DNA from: Bacillota bacterium
GTDB lineage: Bacteria > Patescibacteriota > Saccharimonadia > Saccharimonadales > UBA4665
Length of the DNA stretch: 64,000 nucleotides
Reading direction: 5' to 3'
Assembly: GCA_035478295.1 (NCBI GenBank)
Contig: DATIJU010000014.1
Location: 202,911-266,910 of the forward strand
How positions within the stretch are numbered: position 1 is the stretch's first letter; every line of letters begins with the position of its first letter. The notes beneath the pieces were generated by a model. It did not search any database and was not told the DNA's origin. It saw nothing but the letters and a program-made list of their open reading frames with translations. Shown here piece after piece: positions 53,601 to 60,726 of this stretch. A program made the translations under genes and the position numbers.

Positions 53601-56600
53601 TACGTTCCGCCATTGAGCTGGATAAGCCCCTTTACCCCGCCGGCTGCGGCTGTACCACCTTGGATTATAACGTTACCGCCGTTACTAGCCCCGGTACCAT
53701 TGGCCGTACCACCCTGGATCGTTACATTGCCCCCACTTACTGCCGCGCCGCCGCCGCTAGCGCCACCCTGAATAGCTATCGCGCCACCATTACCAGTAGA
53801 GCCGGAGGTTTGTCCGGTTATATTCAGGTCGTTGCCGCCAGCCGCAGCAGCCGCAGCAAAGTTAATATTTGCCGCTTGATTCGCCTGGAAGCCCAAGGAC
53901 GTATTAATAGCAACACTCGTCAGGTTAGACAGTGAAGTATTGGCGTAGTTACCCGCCGTTTGGTAGCCAGCGCAAGCCGTATTTTCGGTACACACCGCAC
54001 GTACAGTCCCACCTTCAATTGTCGTCAGCTTACTAAGGCCGGAATTATAGAAGAGGCCACCATTAAGCGACGCTAAGTTAGTTGCAGGTACAGTAGCAGC
54101 ATCATCCAACTGCAAAATGGTCGTGTCCACATCCGTACCGGTCGAGTCGCCAATCTTAATAACATTTCCGGCCGTGCCACTCGCGCGGGTAACCGTATTC
54201 ACCGTCAATAAGGTATCAGCACCCGTAGCCGACTGCACCCGGAACGCACTGGCGCCATTAGTCTCATTGCGGAACAGTGCAGCACCGCCGTTAGCAACCG
54301 TCACTACTGCGGTAGAGTTATCGCTAAACACCGCTATGTTACCGGTCGAGGTAGAGTTGCTCACATTTAATGCGTCTCCAGTGGTCGCACCCGTCAAAGT
54401 TGTGAGCCCGCTTGCAACACGAATGGCAGTGCCCGTGCTGGCAGCAGTGGCTATATTAAGAGCCGTACCTGTACTTAAGCTAGTGGCCTGAATATTTACC
54501 ACAGTGCCGGCTGTCGTCGCATTCGCAGCAACGTTCAATAAACCGGCATTCGAAGTTGAAGTGTAGTTACCGCTGGCATTCAGCGAAATGATACCGTTAG
54601 TGGCCACCACATCTGCAGTAGAAGACGAAACCTTAAGTAGTGATCCGCTTGTCAGGTTAGCGCCAGTGCTATTTATGTTTACCCCCACACCCGTAGTCAA
54701 CGCGTTAGCCGTCACGTTCAAGCCGTTACCGGCCGTAGTGTTCACAGCAGAGATATTTACAGTGTTCCCCGTTCCTGTAGTGCTGGAGCCGGTGAAGTTA
54801 ACGAAGTTGCCGGTAAAGCCGGTCGTTGTACCAGACTGTACGACGTTGAGGGCGGTCGAGGTTGTCTGTGTTGCAAATGAGTTGGCGATGTTGACCAGCG
54901 TACCGGCAGCGCTAGCAGTCGCACTCACATTAAGAAGTCCAGCCGTGTTAGCAGTCGTGGTGAAGTTTTGGTTGGAGCTAATGACTGCTAAGCCACCGGT
55001 AGTAAATGCATCTACAGCTGTTGAGGAAACTTTTAATAGTGCACCGGTGGTTAGCACCGAGGTAGCATGTTGTAGATTTGCTCCTACACCCGTAGTGATG
55101 CCATTTGCCGTCAAGTTCAGGCCGTTGCCGGCGGTTGTGTTCACGGTGGTAATGTTCACCACGTTGCCGGTGCCTGTCGTGCTTGAACCAGTAAAGTTCA
55201 CAAAGTTACCCGTAAAGCCGGTGGTCGTGCCAGACTGCACGACGTTGAGGGCGGTCGAGGTTGTCTGTGTTGCAAATGAGTTGGCGATGTTCACAAGTGT
55301 ACCGGCAGCCGTAGCCGTGGCGCTGACGTTAAGAAGGCCTGCCGTGTTAGCAGTAGTGGTAAAGTTTTGGTTCGATGAGATTACGGCGAGGCCACCCGTA
55401 GTGAAAGCGTCTACGGCGGTAGAAGAAACTTTCAGTAAGGCGCCGGTAGTCAGGACCGCCGTTGCATGCTGTAAGTTAGCGCCTACGCCAGTTGTAATAC
55501 CGTTGGCAGTAAGGTTCAGGCCGTTACCAGCGGTTGTGTTCACGGTGGTAATGTTCACCACGTTGCCGGTGCCTGTCGTGCTGGAGCCGGTGAAGTTGAC
55601 GAAGTTGCCGGTAAAGCCGGTCGTTGTACCAGACTGTACGACATTCAAAGCTGTAGAGGTCGTTTGTGTGGCGAACGAGTTAGCGATGTTAACTAACGTA
55701 CCGGCAGCGCTTGCCGTCGCGCTGACGTTTAAAAGGCCGGCGGTATTGGCGGTGGTTGTGAAGTTTTGGTTCGATGAGATTACGGCGAGGCCACCCGTAG
55801 TGAAAGCGTCTACGGCGGTAGAAGAAACTTTAAGGAGTGCGCCCGTGGTTAGCACGGAGGTAGTATGTTGCAAGTTAGCACCAACACCCGTAGTGATGCC
55901 ATTTGCCGTCAGGTTCAGACCATTGCCGGCAGTCGTGTTGGCAGTGGTAATGTTCAGAACATTGCCAGCGCCGGTTGTACTCGTGCCCGTGAGATTTACT
56001 AGATTACCAGTGTAGCCCGTTGTAGTGTTGGACTGAGTAATATTCAGAGCTGTGGCCGTAGTTTGCGAAGCAGCCGACAGACTGAGGTCGAGTAAGTTGC
56101 CGGTAGTGGTTCCGCTAGAGCTTATTGTAGCTAAGGTACCAGTATACGCACCGTTATTCAGAACCTGCACCAGCCCAGCGCCTGCCGAATATGCCGTTGC
56201 ACCCGAACCTCTTACGCGCAAACCACCGCCAGTCGTTACGGTGCTAGCCGTAGTAACGTCCAGTGCAAATCCGCTCGTCAGCGAGTTTGCCGTTATGTCG
56301 GTTGCATTGCTCGTTGTAGCAGTGCTCGTCACAACCACAGCCGCCGCTTGCAGCGTGGCGGCTGTACCTGTCCCGTCAATCCAAAAGTTCGCCGACGTTT
56401 GGGCGCTGGCGTCCTGGTTTTGAATATAACTGTTCGCCGTTCCCGTAAGGAAACCACAAGTTGATGAGGTCTGAACACACAATGTACCCGACTCGGCAGG
56501 CAGATGTAAAACATTTGTTCCGCTCGGCGTGCCCGCATCCAGAATGGTAGAGTTGGTACTACCTCCGCCCCCAAGCGTTCCGGCACGGAACGCGTAGGGT

Positions 56601-57079
56601 ACGCTCGTTAGTTGCAGACGCGGGCTCATTTCGCCGTCCCACGATGGGCTGGCCGCGGTACCGCCGATGTTCATGGTCAACCAAAGCTGTTGGTCCCAGT
56701 TGATCGTGCTCGGAAAAGCGGTATTAGTCCCCAGGCTAACCGTCAGATATCCGTTGGCTACACGAACGCCCGCACCGCTCACCAAATAATCTTCGGTCCA
56801 CTTACAGTGGGTGTCACCTGCACAACTGCCTTGAGAAGAGCCAGAAGACGATAGCTGATCGTACAGTTTGAATTCAACGTTGTAAAAGTTATCAGGGACA
56901 ATACTGCCAGCCCCAGTCATCAGGCGTGCCTGAAAGTTTATCGTACCATTCGTAGCAGCGTGAGCCTTGCCGCCAAAGTAACTCGTAACCATACCCATGG
57001 ACAAAACCACGGCCATAATCAACAGCCCTAGCAGTTGATGCCGGAATAAGATCCCAGACGATCGCGGTTTTTGTCGCAT
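47657..57079 (-). CDS. Giant surface fibre/adhesin-like protein 3 (3140 aa), cleavable signal peptide
   Basis: Uninterrupted 9.4-kb ORF with an ATG start. Signal peptide ending ...GGKAHA/ATNG. Unique N-terminal domain (INFQARL...LTSVPYAFRAG). 133-aa tandem repeats. A duplicated ~480-aa supermodule. A Gly-rich tract. One CBM4_9-like module (~48386..48862; NLISNGGAETGSPPTGW). Unique ~175-aa C-terminal domain. No C-terminal anchor motif is seen. Confidence 0.9.
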   Translation of the reverse strand: MRQKPRSSGILFRHQLLGLLIMAVVLSMGMVTSYFGGKAHAATNGTINFQARLMTGAGSIVPDNFYNVEFKLYDQLSSSGSSQGSCAGDTHCKWTEDYLVSGAGVRVANGYLTVSLGTNTAFPSTINWDQQLWLTMNIGGTAASPSWDGEMSPRLQLTSVPYAFRAGTLGGGGSTNSTILDAGTPSGTNVLHLPAESGTLCVQTSSTCGFLTGTANSYIQNQDASAQTSANFWIDGTGTAATLQAAAVVVTSTATTSNATDITANSLTSGFALDVTTASTVTTGGGLRVRGSGATAYSAGAGLVQVLNNGAYTGTLATISSSGTTTGNLLDLSLSAASQTTATALNITQSNTTTGYTGNLVNLTGTSTTGAGNVLNITTANTTAGNGLNLTANGITTGVGANLQHTTSVLTTGALLKVSSTAVDAFTTGGLAVISSNQNFTTTANTAGLLNVSATASAAGTLVNIANSFATQTTSTALNVVQSGTTTGFTGNFVNFTGSSTTGTGNVVNITTVNTTAGNGLNLTANGITTGVGANLQHATAVLTTGALLKVSSTAVDAFTTGGLAVISSNQNFTTTANTAGLLNVSATATAAGTLVNIANSFATQTTSTALNVVQSGTTTGFTGNFVNFTGSSTTGTGNVVNITTVNTTAGNGLNLTANGITTGVGANLQHATSVLTTGALLKVSSTAVDAFTTGGLAVISSNQNFTTTANTAGLLNVSATASAAGTLVNIANSFATQTTSTALNVVQSGTTTGFTGNFVNFTGSSTTGTGNTVNISAVNTTAGNGLNVTANALTTGVGVNINSTGANLTSGSLLKVSSSTADVVATNGIISLNASGNYTSTSNAGLLNVAANATTAGTVVNIQATSLSTGTALNIATAASTGTAIRVASGLTTLTGATTGDALNVSNSTSTGNIAVFSDNSTAVVTVANGGAALFRNETNGASAFRVQSATGADTLLTVNTVTRASGTAGNVIKIGDSTGTDVDTTILQLDDAATVPATNLASLNGGLFYNSGLSKLTTIEGGTVRAVCTENTACAGYQTAGNYANTSLSNLTSVAINTSLGFQANQAANINFAAAAAAGGNDLNITGQTSGSTGNGGAIAIQGGASGGGAAVSGGNVTIQGGTANGTGASNGGNVIIQGGTAAAGGVKGLIQLNGGTYFTTGSFSSGSASATITQSVVDSNSAILVTATAGGSTFTLPTPTNGASQAGRVMYITNVGSNSFILSFASSNISLNPGSTATLIYSGSAWTGAGVDSSALQNAYNNSTGTTTPEIILDATRGGVDIQDANGGYVGSNAQLLAVRAGAGSGKGNPLLTVTNSGGNSGTPLVGIGVETATRPLHLSVNNSTTSGGPLLIEQLGAGDPSMEYKSTGGSFYTGVDTSDGGKFKISSSVAAGSINTMGRTTCVSCTTDSGDQNFQNASMFTMGGTAGTMSSISVFIVGGSSANSYAVALYADNAGVPGSLIAASASQSITPGALNTAPVTAGLSPGTNYWLAFNTNDPTADMRFTNTGTSCFISRTFALGFASPYGTCTGGVGVQNYNIYATYSLNTTTDTFGSNSLFTLSNIGQAQFQNYNNSSTAFQVLNTGGTSLLGIDTNTPTVNLGVTGATAQASTVNVATSTGATQTVNIGSTTAGSAANGTTVLVQGGNGASAVQLQALASGTISIGTNASNVITVGSTASTGTLTLGQSSSTNIINVGSADFTAANTQTINIGNGAQTIAGSTINVNILSGTAGNSGTASLKLANNDRVTQVDIGNVASDANRTLFAFSGNTPTGITDTINIGTGNTVGTGAKVIHIGDGTPAGTNTVTVGSIASTGNVTTIQGGNTSTGNGAVSIQAATSGVITVGTVNNNQVTLGGGTSVVKLGALGSSTTSAIAVCRDSSTGSLITCGSGTANGTPFLQGGNNFGTTAVLGTTDANSLQIVTGSSGPNVRATFDTSNNLYLGNGSAASAPNNFTVSGTAANTGNVIGGALTFISGAGSGTQAGGLTTIQGGGSGTGAAATGGNVLIQGGTANGTGASNGGNVTIQGGTLAASGAKGLIQLNGGTYFTTGTYSSGATSTITQATVDSFSAILATATNPGLTFTVPSPTNGASQAGRLLYVTNNGSNSFVLTAGSSLSLSPGATATLLWTGSAWTGAGADSATLQNDYTNSAGSSTPEITLDASRAAIDIQDINGGLGSSVPLLAVRAGVGTSGLGNALFTVTNSNGNTGNALVGINTNVATRTLDVSVNNSAVNALPVIVQQAGTGDAGIELKTASANNNFYVNVDASNGNAFTINSYTAATTTTTTGTFGQLAGTNPDTNGNYVQISNFTATMTGNINSMIVDFGTAGTTPTTPNTFTVAVYADNGSGTFPSGTPIGYSSLQSISAPNALGHNSNVIVTSPIPVTNGTTYWLAFNTSGNAQFASAGGLPAGSKCQYYAGITNGVWANVSAWGAPALNTSTCSFNIQATVTQTSSFTDSNTNALFVLGQSGQATFKNSSNSTAAFMIQNATTTNTALSADTTNNRVGIALNAGEISSFDLSLGGGANRTIGINQNPVSGSGANLTLQAGLANTTGAGGQLNLQGGTAAGTNQVGGAVAVTGGQGTGTQAGGAITVNGGIGGATGAGGAITITGGTGGATSGAGGNATLQGGTAKGATAGGTATLQGGTAAATAGSNGGAVVVASGNGSATGTGGTGGNITINAGNAGGSGNNNGGNIVAILGSSTGTGTQGSFQVQNALGASLLTVDPSNTAASLNLISNGGAETGSPPTGWAAQGTGSSVATGTSTDAASGSQSAKVTFGTSTNAGVKINFATAPTASTTVNYIVSFSAKQVSGTAMASTLQVVYSPDNGTTLTATCSNYSTQALSTTAWTKITCTFIPGSTTVTTALLIVRQTDAPGVSRVIDIDNMSVVQQNSTGTSDVGNLRVGGAISQGLTLLTLDSYAAIPFTGSNAALAGSMYFDTSQAKIQCYDGTTWGACGAAPNSIITLTPEYTGAVLNGTGIGTLTSDFCANSAALTVGSLCGSNDARNFYKWTTPQSTQQIYSMYVTYKLPTTFKNFVSDSTVTLTARTDNTTNGIVTYEMFKSTGSAITACGTATDVTTSGGANVWSTVAINGNENSSCAFAGGNNVIFKINVKSQSNANVYVENLNFSYTNQ
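49600..53830 (-). repeat. Two copies of a ~1.45-kb (~480-aa) supermodule offset by 2670 nt inside giant gene 3
   Basis: gtcgtaaagtacgt.cc.ccatt.agctg.ataagcccctt occurs at 53592 and at 50922 (offset 2670 = 890 codons). The protein copies begin GGNV.IQGGTANGTGASNGGNV.IQGGT...GLIQLNGGTYFTTG and run through PEI.LDA.R..DIQD, VGI...ATR.L..SVNNS and ..VA.YADN.. modules. Boundaries are approximate. Confidence 0.6.
54454..56050 (-). repeat. Tandem in-frame repeat, period 399 nt (133 aa): three near-identical protein copies plus one degenerate copy
   Basis: Unit starts (A of ALN[IV]..Q) lie at 56050, 55651, 55252 and 54853. ggcggtcgaggttgtctgtgttgcaaatgagttggcgatgtt occurs at 54851 and 55250 (offset 399). 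Units 2 and 3 differ by 1 aa in protein but diverge substantially in DNA. Confidence 0.88.
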
Positions 57080-57340
57080 TGTTTTGTTTGTTTGGTTTGT
57101 TGGATTTGGTTATTTGTTTCCGGCCTACCCGTGGGTAGACTTTGGATCACCCTAACATTATCTGTCCAACAGATAAGACCGAACAAGGTATAAAACAGAT
57201 AAAATAAGATGGCATGCTATGCAATATAGTGCTTATTGCGTCTATAGTTTACTATTGTTACAATTACAACCATTAGCAATTAACACCGCCAACTCGCAAA
57301 ACCGTGTATTTTTAAACAGTTATAAGATCAAAATAACGAT
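57080..57340 (-). promoter_or_regulatory. AT-rich promoter and 5'-leader region of giant gene 3
   Basis: It follows the rplU terminator. It contains TTGTAA-17-TATAGA and other -35/-10-like pairs (not resolvable by eye). Two leader hairpins are present (ttatctgt-cca-acagataa at 57158..57176; ctacc-cgtg-ggtag at 57125..57138). A 40-nt C/A-rich, G-poor tract lies directly before the ATG. Confidence 0.35.
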
Positions 57341-57341
57341 G

Positions 57342-57373
57342 TAAAAAAAGCAGCGACGTTTTTGGCGTCGCTG
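57342..57373 (-). terminator. Rho-independent terminator after rplU
   Basis: The minus strand reads CAGCGACG-CCAAAAA-CGTCGCTG followed by CTTTTTTTAC. It lies 28 nt after the rplU stop. Confidence 0.65.
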
Positions 57374-57400
57374 ACTTTTCCACAGGCTTCGTTATTAAAG

Positions 57401-57709
57401 CTAGGCGATTTTGGTAATTTTGATTGTGGTCTGGTGTTGGCGGTGACCGCGCACTTTATGTACCCGCTTCTTTGCCTTGTAACGAATTGAGGTTACTTTG
57501 TCGGCTTGTACGTCGTCAGCGATAATTTCTGCTGCGACCTTAACCTTCTCAACCATCGGAGTGCCGACACTAATCGTGTCGCCATCGATGACGAGCAGCG
57601 GTTCAAAAGCGGCCGTCTTACCCTCGGCTTTTAGAAGCTCGACTTGCAAAGTTTCACCTTCGCTCACGAGATACTGCTTGCCGCCAGTGACGATAACTGC
57701 TTTTTTCAT
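57401..57709 (-). CDS. rplU: 50S ribosomal protein L21
   Basis: 102 aa with an ATG start and an AGGAAG SD. MKKAVIVTGGKQYLVSEGETL...KKRVHKVRGHRQ matches L21. No rpmA follows. Confidence 0.93.
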   Translation of the reverse strand: MKKAVIVTGGKQYLVSEGETLQVELLKAEGKTAAFEPLLVIDGDTISVGTPMVEKVKVAAEIIADDVQADKVTSIRYKAKKRVHKVRGHRQHQTTIKITKIA

Positions 57710-57742
57710 ATTTTACTTCCTAATAGAATTAGCTACCGATAG

Positions 57743-57771
57743 ATAGTAACAGATCAGCGCCCATCTGTAAA
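57743..57771 (-). promoter_or_regulatory. Sigma-70-like promoter of rplU (TTTACA, 17 nt spacer, TACTAT)
   Basis: Minus-strand -35 TTTACA (57766..57771), 17-nt spacer, -10 TACTAT (57743..57748). The -35 hexamer is the same as in the rpmE2 promoter. Confidence 0.5.
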
Positions 57772-57788
57772 GTCAGCAAAGACTCGCT

Positions 57789-60713
57789 TTACTTAGCTTT
57801 TTCTAGTGATACCGTTAGGGGTGCACCGTCAACGCTACCGGCGGTCTCGTATTGGTATGTTTTATCAAATACCAGGCTCCGCGCCAGGGTCTCTCCACAA
57901 ATTACTTCAGTGTGCTCTTCAATAGCTTTGCGGAGGGTTTCGTCGGTCGTCGAGAGACTCAAATTAATGTGATCATCAACTTCTAAACCAGCTGTTTTAC
58001 GAGCGTTCTGGACACTCCTCACAACTTCACGCATCATACCCTCACGCTTCAAAGCAGGCGTGAGTTTGGTGTTGAGCTCCGTAAGCGGCTGCGATGTCGC
58101 CCGCTGCCCCACGCTTGATGCTCCGGCGACACCCAATTCCACCTCTTTGAGGTTAAGCTCTTCCTTAACCATGTCAATATACTGCGCCATACGCTCCGGC
58201 GGCGCCTCTCGGCGCACGTAGAGCTTAGCGTAAGCTAAAGGCTGGCGAACCTTAATACCGGCAGCAGCACGAGCAGATAGCCCTTGTTCAATGCCCATAC
58301 GTATGTCTGCCATCTCCTCGATTACGAGCTCATTCACCTCGCCCGCAGCCGGCCAGTCGCGCAAGTGTACCGATTCACCATTCGTAAGCTTCTGGTAAAG
58401 CTCCTCGGCAAGGAACGGCGTAATCGGCGCCATGATGTGGCTCAGGCGCACCAACACATAGTGTAATGTCCGATAAGCGGATTGCTTGTCTCCATCGTCT
58501 TCACTCTTCCAAAAACGGCGACGCGAACGGCGCACATACCAGTTGCTAGCATCCTCAATAAACGGCAAGATAGGTTTGATGGCGTTCGGGATGTCATAGC
58601 GCTCCATATGATTCTCAACTTCAGCGGTCAGCTGATGTACTCGCGAAACAATCCAAATATCGAGTGGATTTTTCAACTCGTCGAGCGGGTCGTCGTAACT
58701 ACCCTGCCATTCCCAGCCATCCACGTCCGCATACAGGGTAAAGAAATCATACATATTCCAGACCATATTGAGCTTACGGAATACGTCAGCCACATCCTTA
58801 TCGATGAGCGAAAAATCTTCGGCATTCATAAGCGGCGAACTCATGAGCAAAAAGCGTAGTGCATCGGCCGAATATTGATCCATAAGCTCGTTCGGATCGG
58901 TATAGTTACCAAAACTCTTGCTCATCTTGCGGCCATCATTGCCGGCAAGCGTACCGGTAGTAATAACGTTTTTAAAAGCGTGCTTGCCGAACAGCCCAAC
59001 GTTTACTGCATGCACGTAGTAGAACCACGCGCGCACCTGCCCCACATACTCAACAATAAAGTCACCCGGAAAATTCTGTTCAAATTTCTCGACGTTCTCA
59101 AATGGGTAGTGGAACTGCGCGAATGGCATTGACCCGCTCTCAAACCAGCAATCAAGCACCTTTTCGATACGCTTATACTCTACACCGTCGACAGTAAACG
59201 TAACGTCGTCGATCCATGGACGGTGATAATCGTCCAGTTCCTTACCGGAAAGCTCCTTGAGCTCGGCGTAGCTTCCCACCACCTTTACATGTTCCTTGCC
59301 CGCTTTATCTACACCCTTCCAAACTGGCATAGCAGTCGCCCAAAAACGATCACGACTGAGGTTCCAATCGGGTGCGCTCTCGACGGTCTTTGCAAAACGA
59401 CCGTGCTTAAGGTGCTCGGGGAACCAATTGATGCCGCCATTCTCCTCAAGCATCAATTCACGCTGTCCATCGATGTCCATAAACCAACTAGGGTGAGCGC
59501 GGTAAAGCAGCTTGGTACCACAGCGATGACAGTGCGGGTAGCTGTGACGAATATACTCGACACGCAGCGCCTTGCCCTTTGCGACAAATGTTTTTGCGAT
59601 TTCTTTATTTGCGTCCCAAACGTTTTGCCCCTTCCAGGCTGTTTCCGTAAAGATACCGCTGTCGTCCAGTATAGAAACAGTATCTATACCGGCAGCCTTA
59701 AGCAATGTAAAGTCTTCTTCACCATAGGCCGGCGACATCGAAACAATACCGGTGCCTTCTTCAACACTAATCGCGTCCGAGCCTAGAACTATATGGGCAG
59801 CAGGTCCACGGTCCACCTCAAAAGGTTCATATTCCAGCCCCACCAGCTCTTTGCCCTTGTAGGTTTTAACCACTTCAAAAGGTAGTGTCTCGTGCTTTTC
59901 GTTCTGCAGCGCGCGGTTAAGGAGGTTCTTCGCTAAGATATAGTGCTGGCCATCCTGCTCCAGCACTACTTCGACGTACTCTTCTTTAGGGTGCAGGGCC
60001 AGCGCCGCGTTTGCCAGCGTGGTCCATGCCATAGTAGTCCAGGCCAGCATATAGGCGTCTTTTGTCTTAAGCTTAAACTTTATATATACGGAAGGATCAG
60101 TGTCATCCTGATAAGAGTTGTCCATAGAAACTTCTGCCTTAGAAATAGGTGTCGCATCGCGGGGACAATATAGCAGCACTTTTTCACCTTCGTAGATCTT
60201 ACCCTTCTCGTACAATTGCTTAAAAGCCCACCACACACTCTCCATGTAGGGCTTGTCCATCGTTCTATATGCACCCTTAAAGTCTACCCAGCGGCCAATA
60301 CGATCGATAGTATCTTCCCAGAGACTGCCGGTGCTCACCATATTCTCACGGCAGGTCGTTATATACTCCTCAAGTGTAATCTTAGTACCGATGTCACGCT
60401 TGTCCTGAATGCCCAACTTCTTCTCGGTAAAAACTTCTGCCGGCAAGCCATGGCAATCCCAACCCCATACCCGGTCTACTCGTTTGCCTTTCATCGTCCA
60501 AAAGCGAGGCACAACGTCCTTGGCGATCGAGCTCAAGAGCGTGCCTTGGTGTGGGACGCCAGTAATGAAGGGCGGCCCATCATAAAATACGTACTGGTCA
60601 CTCTTTGGACGGCGTTCAATCGACTTTTCAAACGTCTCATGCTGCTTCCAGTGATGTACTAAAGCTTTCTCGTATTCTTTTGGGGTGCGGCGTGTGCCTT
60701 TTTTGAACTTCAT
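57789..60713 (-). CDS. ileS: Isoleucyl-tRNA synthetase, type 2 (eukaryote-like) form
   Basis: 974 aa with an ATG start and an AAGGAG SD. YDGPPFITGVPHQGTLL (HIGH region, here H-Q-G-T), GWDCHGLPAE, and KMSKS (GRKMSKSFGNY). There is no C-terminal Zn-finger. It is preceded by a T-box leader containing AUC codons. Confidence 0.9.
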   Translation of the reverse strand: MKFKKGTRRTPKEYEKALVHHWKQHETFEKSIERRPKSDQYVFYDGPPFITGVPHQGTLLSSIAKDVVPRFWTMKGKRVDRVWGWDCHGLPAEVFTEKKLGIQDKRDIGTKITLEEYITTCRENMVSTGSLWEDTIDRIGRWVDFKGAYRTMDKPYMESVWWAFKQLYEKGKIYEGEKVLLYCPRDATPISKAEVSMDNSYQDDTDPSVYIKFKLKTKDAYMLAWTTMAWTTLANAALALHPKEEYVEVVLEQDGQHYILAKNLLNRALQNEKHETLPFEVVKTYKGKELVGLEYEPFEVDRGPAAHIVLGSDAISVEEGTGIVSMSPAYGEEDFTLLKAAGIDTVSILDDSGIFTETAWKGQNVWDANKEIAKTFVAKGKALRVEYIRHSYPHCHRCGTKLLYRAHPSWFMDIDGQRELMLEENGGINWFPEHLKHGRFAKTVESAPDWNLSRDRFWATAMPVWKGVDKAGKEHVKVVGSYAELKELSGKELDDYHRPWIDDVTFTVDGVEYKRIEKVLDCWFESGSMPFAQFHYPFENVEKFEQNFPGDFIVEYVGQVRAWFYYVHAVNVGLFGKHAFKNVITTGTLAGNDGRKMSKSFGNYTDPNELMDQYSADALRFLLMSSPLMNAEDFSLIDKDVADVFRKLNMVWNMYDFFTLYADVDGWEWQGSYDDPLDELKNPLDIWIVSRVHQLTAEVENHMERYDIPNAIKPILPFIEDASNWYVRRSRRRFWKSEDDGDKQSAYRTLHYVLVRLSHIMAPITPFLAEELYQKLTNGESVHLRDWPAAGEVNELVIEEMADIRMGIEQGLSARAAAGIKVRQPLAYAKLYVRREAPPERMAQYIDMVKEELNLKEVELGVAGASSVGQRATSQPLTELNTKLTPALKREGMMREVVRSVQNARKTAGLEVDDHINLSLSTTDETLRKAIEEHTEVICGETLARSLVFDKTYQYETAGSVDGAPLTVSLEKAK

Positions 60714-60726
60714 TTTTTCTCCTTAT

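Noticed and set aside
54588-56015. 475-aa plus-strand ORF (and many others, for example 24225..25196, 27672..28487, 37644..38441, 48723..49394, 21495..22037) inside the giant genes
   Set aside because: They are antisense shadows of the Gly/Thr/Ser/Asn/Ala-rich minus-strand frames. Their products are monotonous Pro/Val/Ala-rich strings that mirror the sense repeats, lack starts with an SD, and are fully nested in far longer, motif-bearing ORFs.
54454-56050. Near-identical repeats considered as a diversity-generating-retroelement template/variable-repeat pair, or as a CRISPR-like array
   Set aside because: There is no reverse transcriptase gene in the window. Differences between units are overwhelmingly synonymous and not adenine-specific. 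The 399-nt period is in frame and contiguous, with no spacers. It is a coding tandem repeat.
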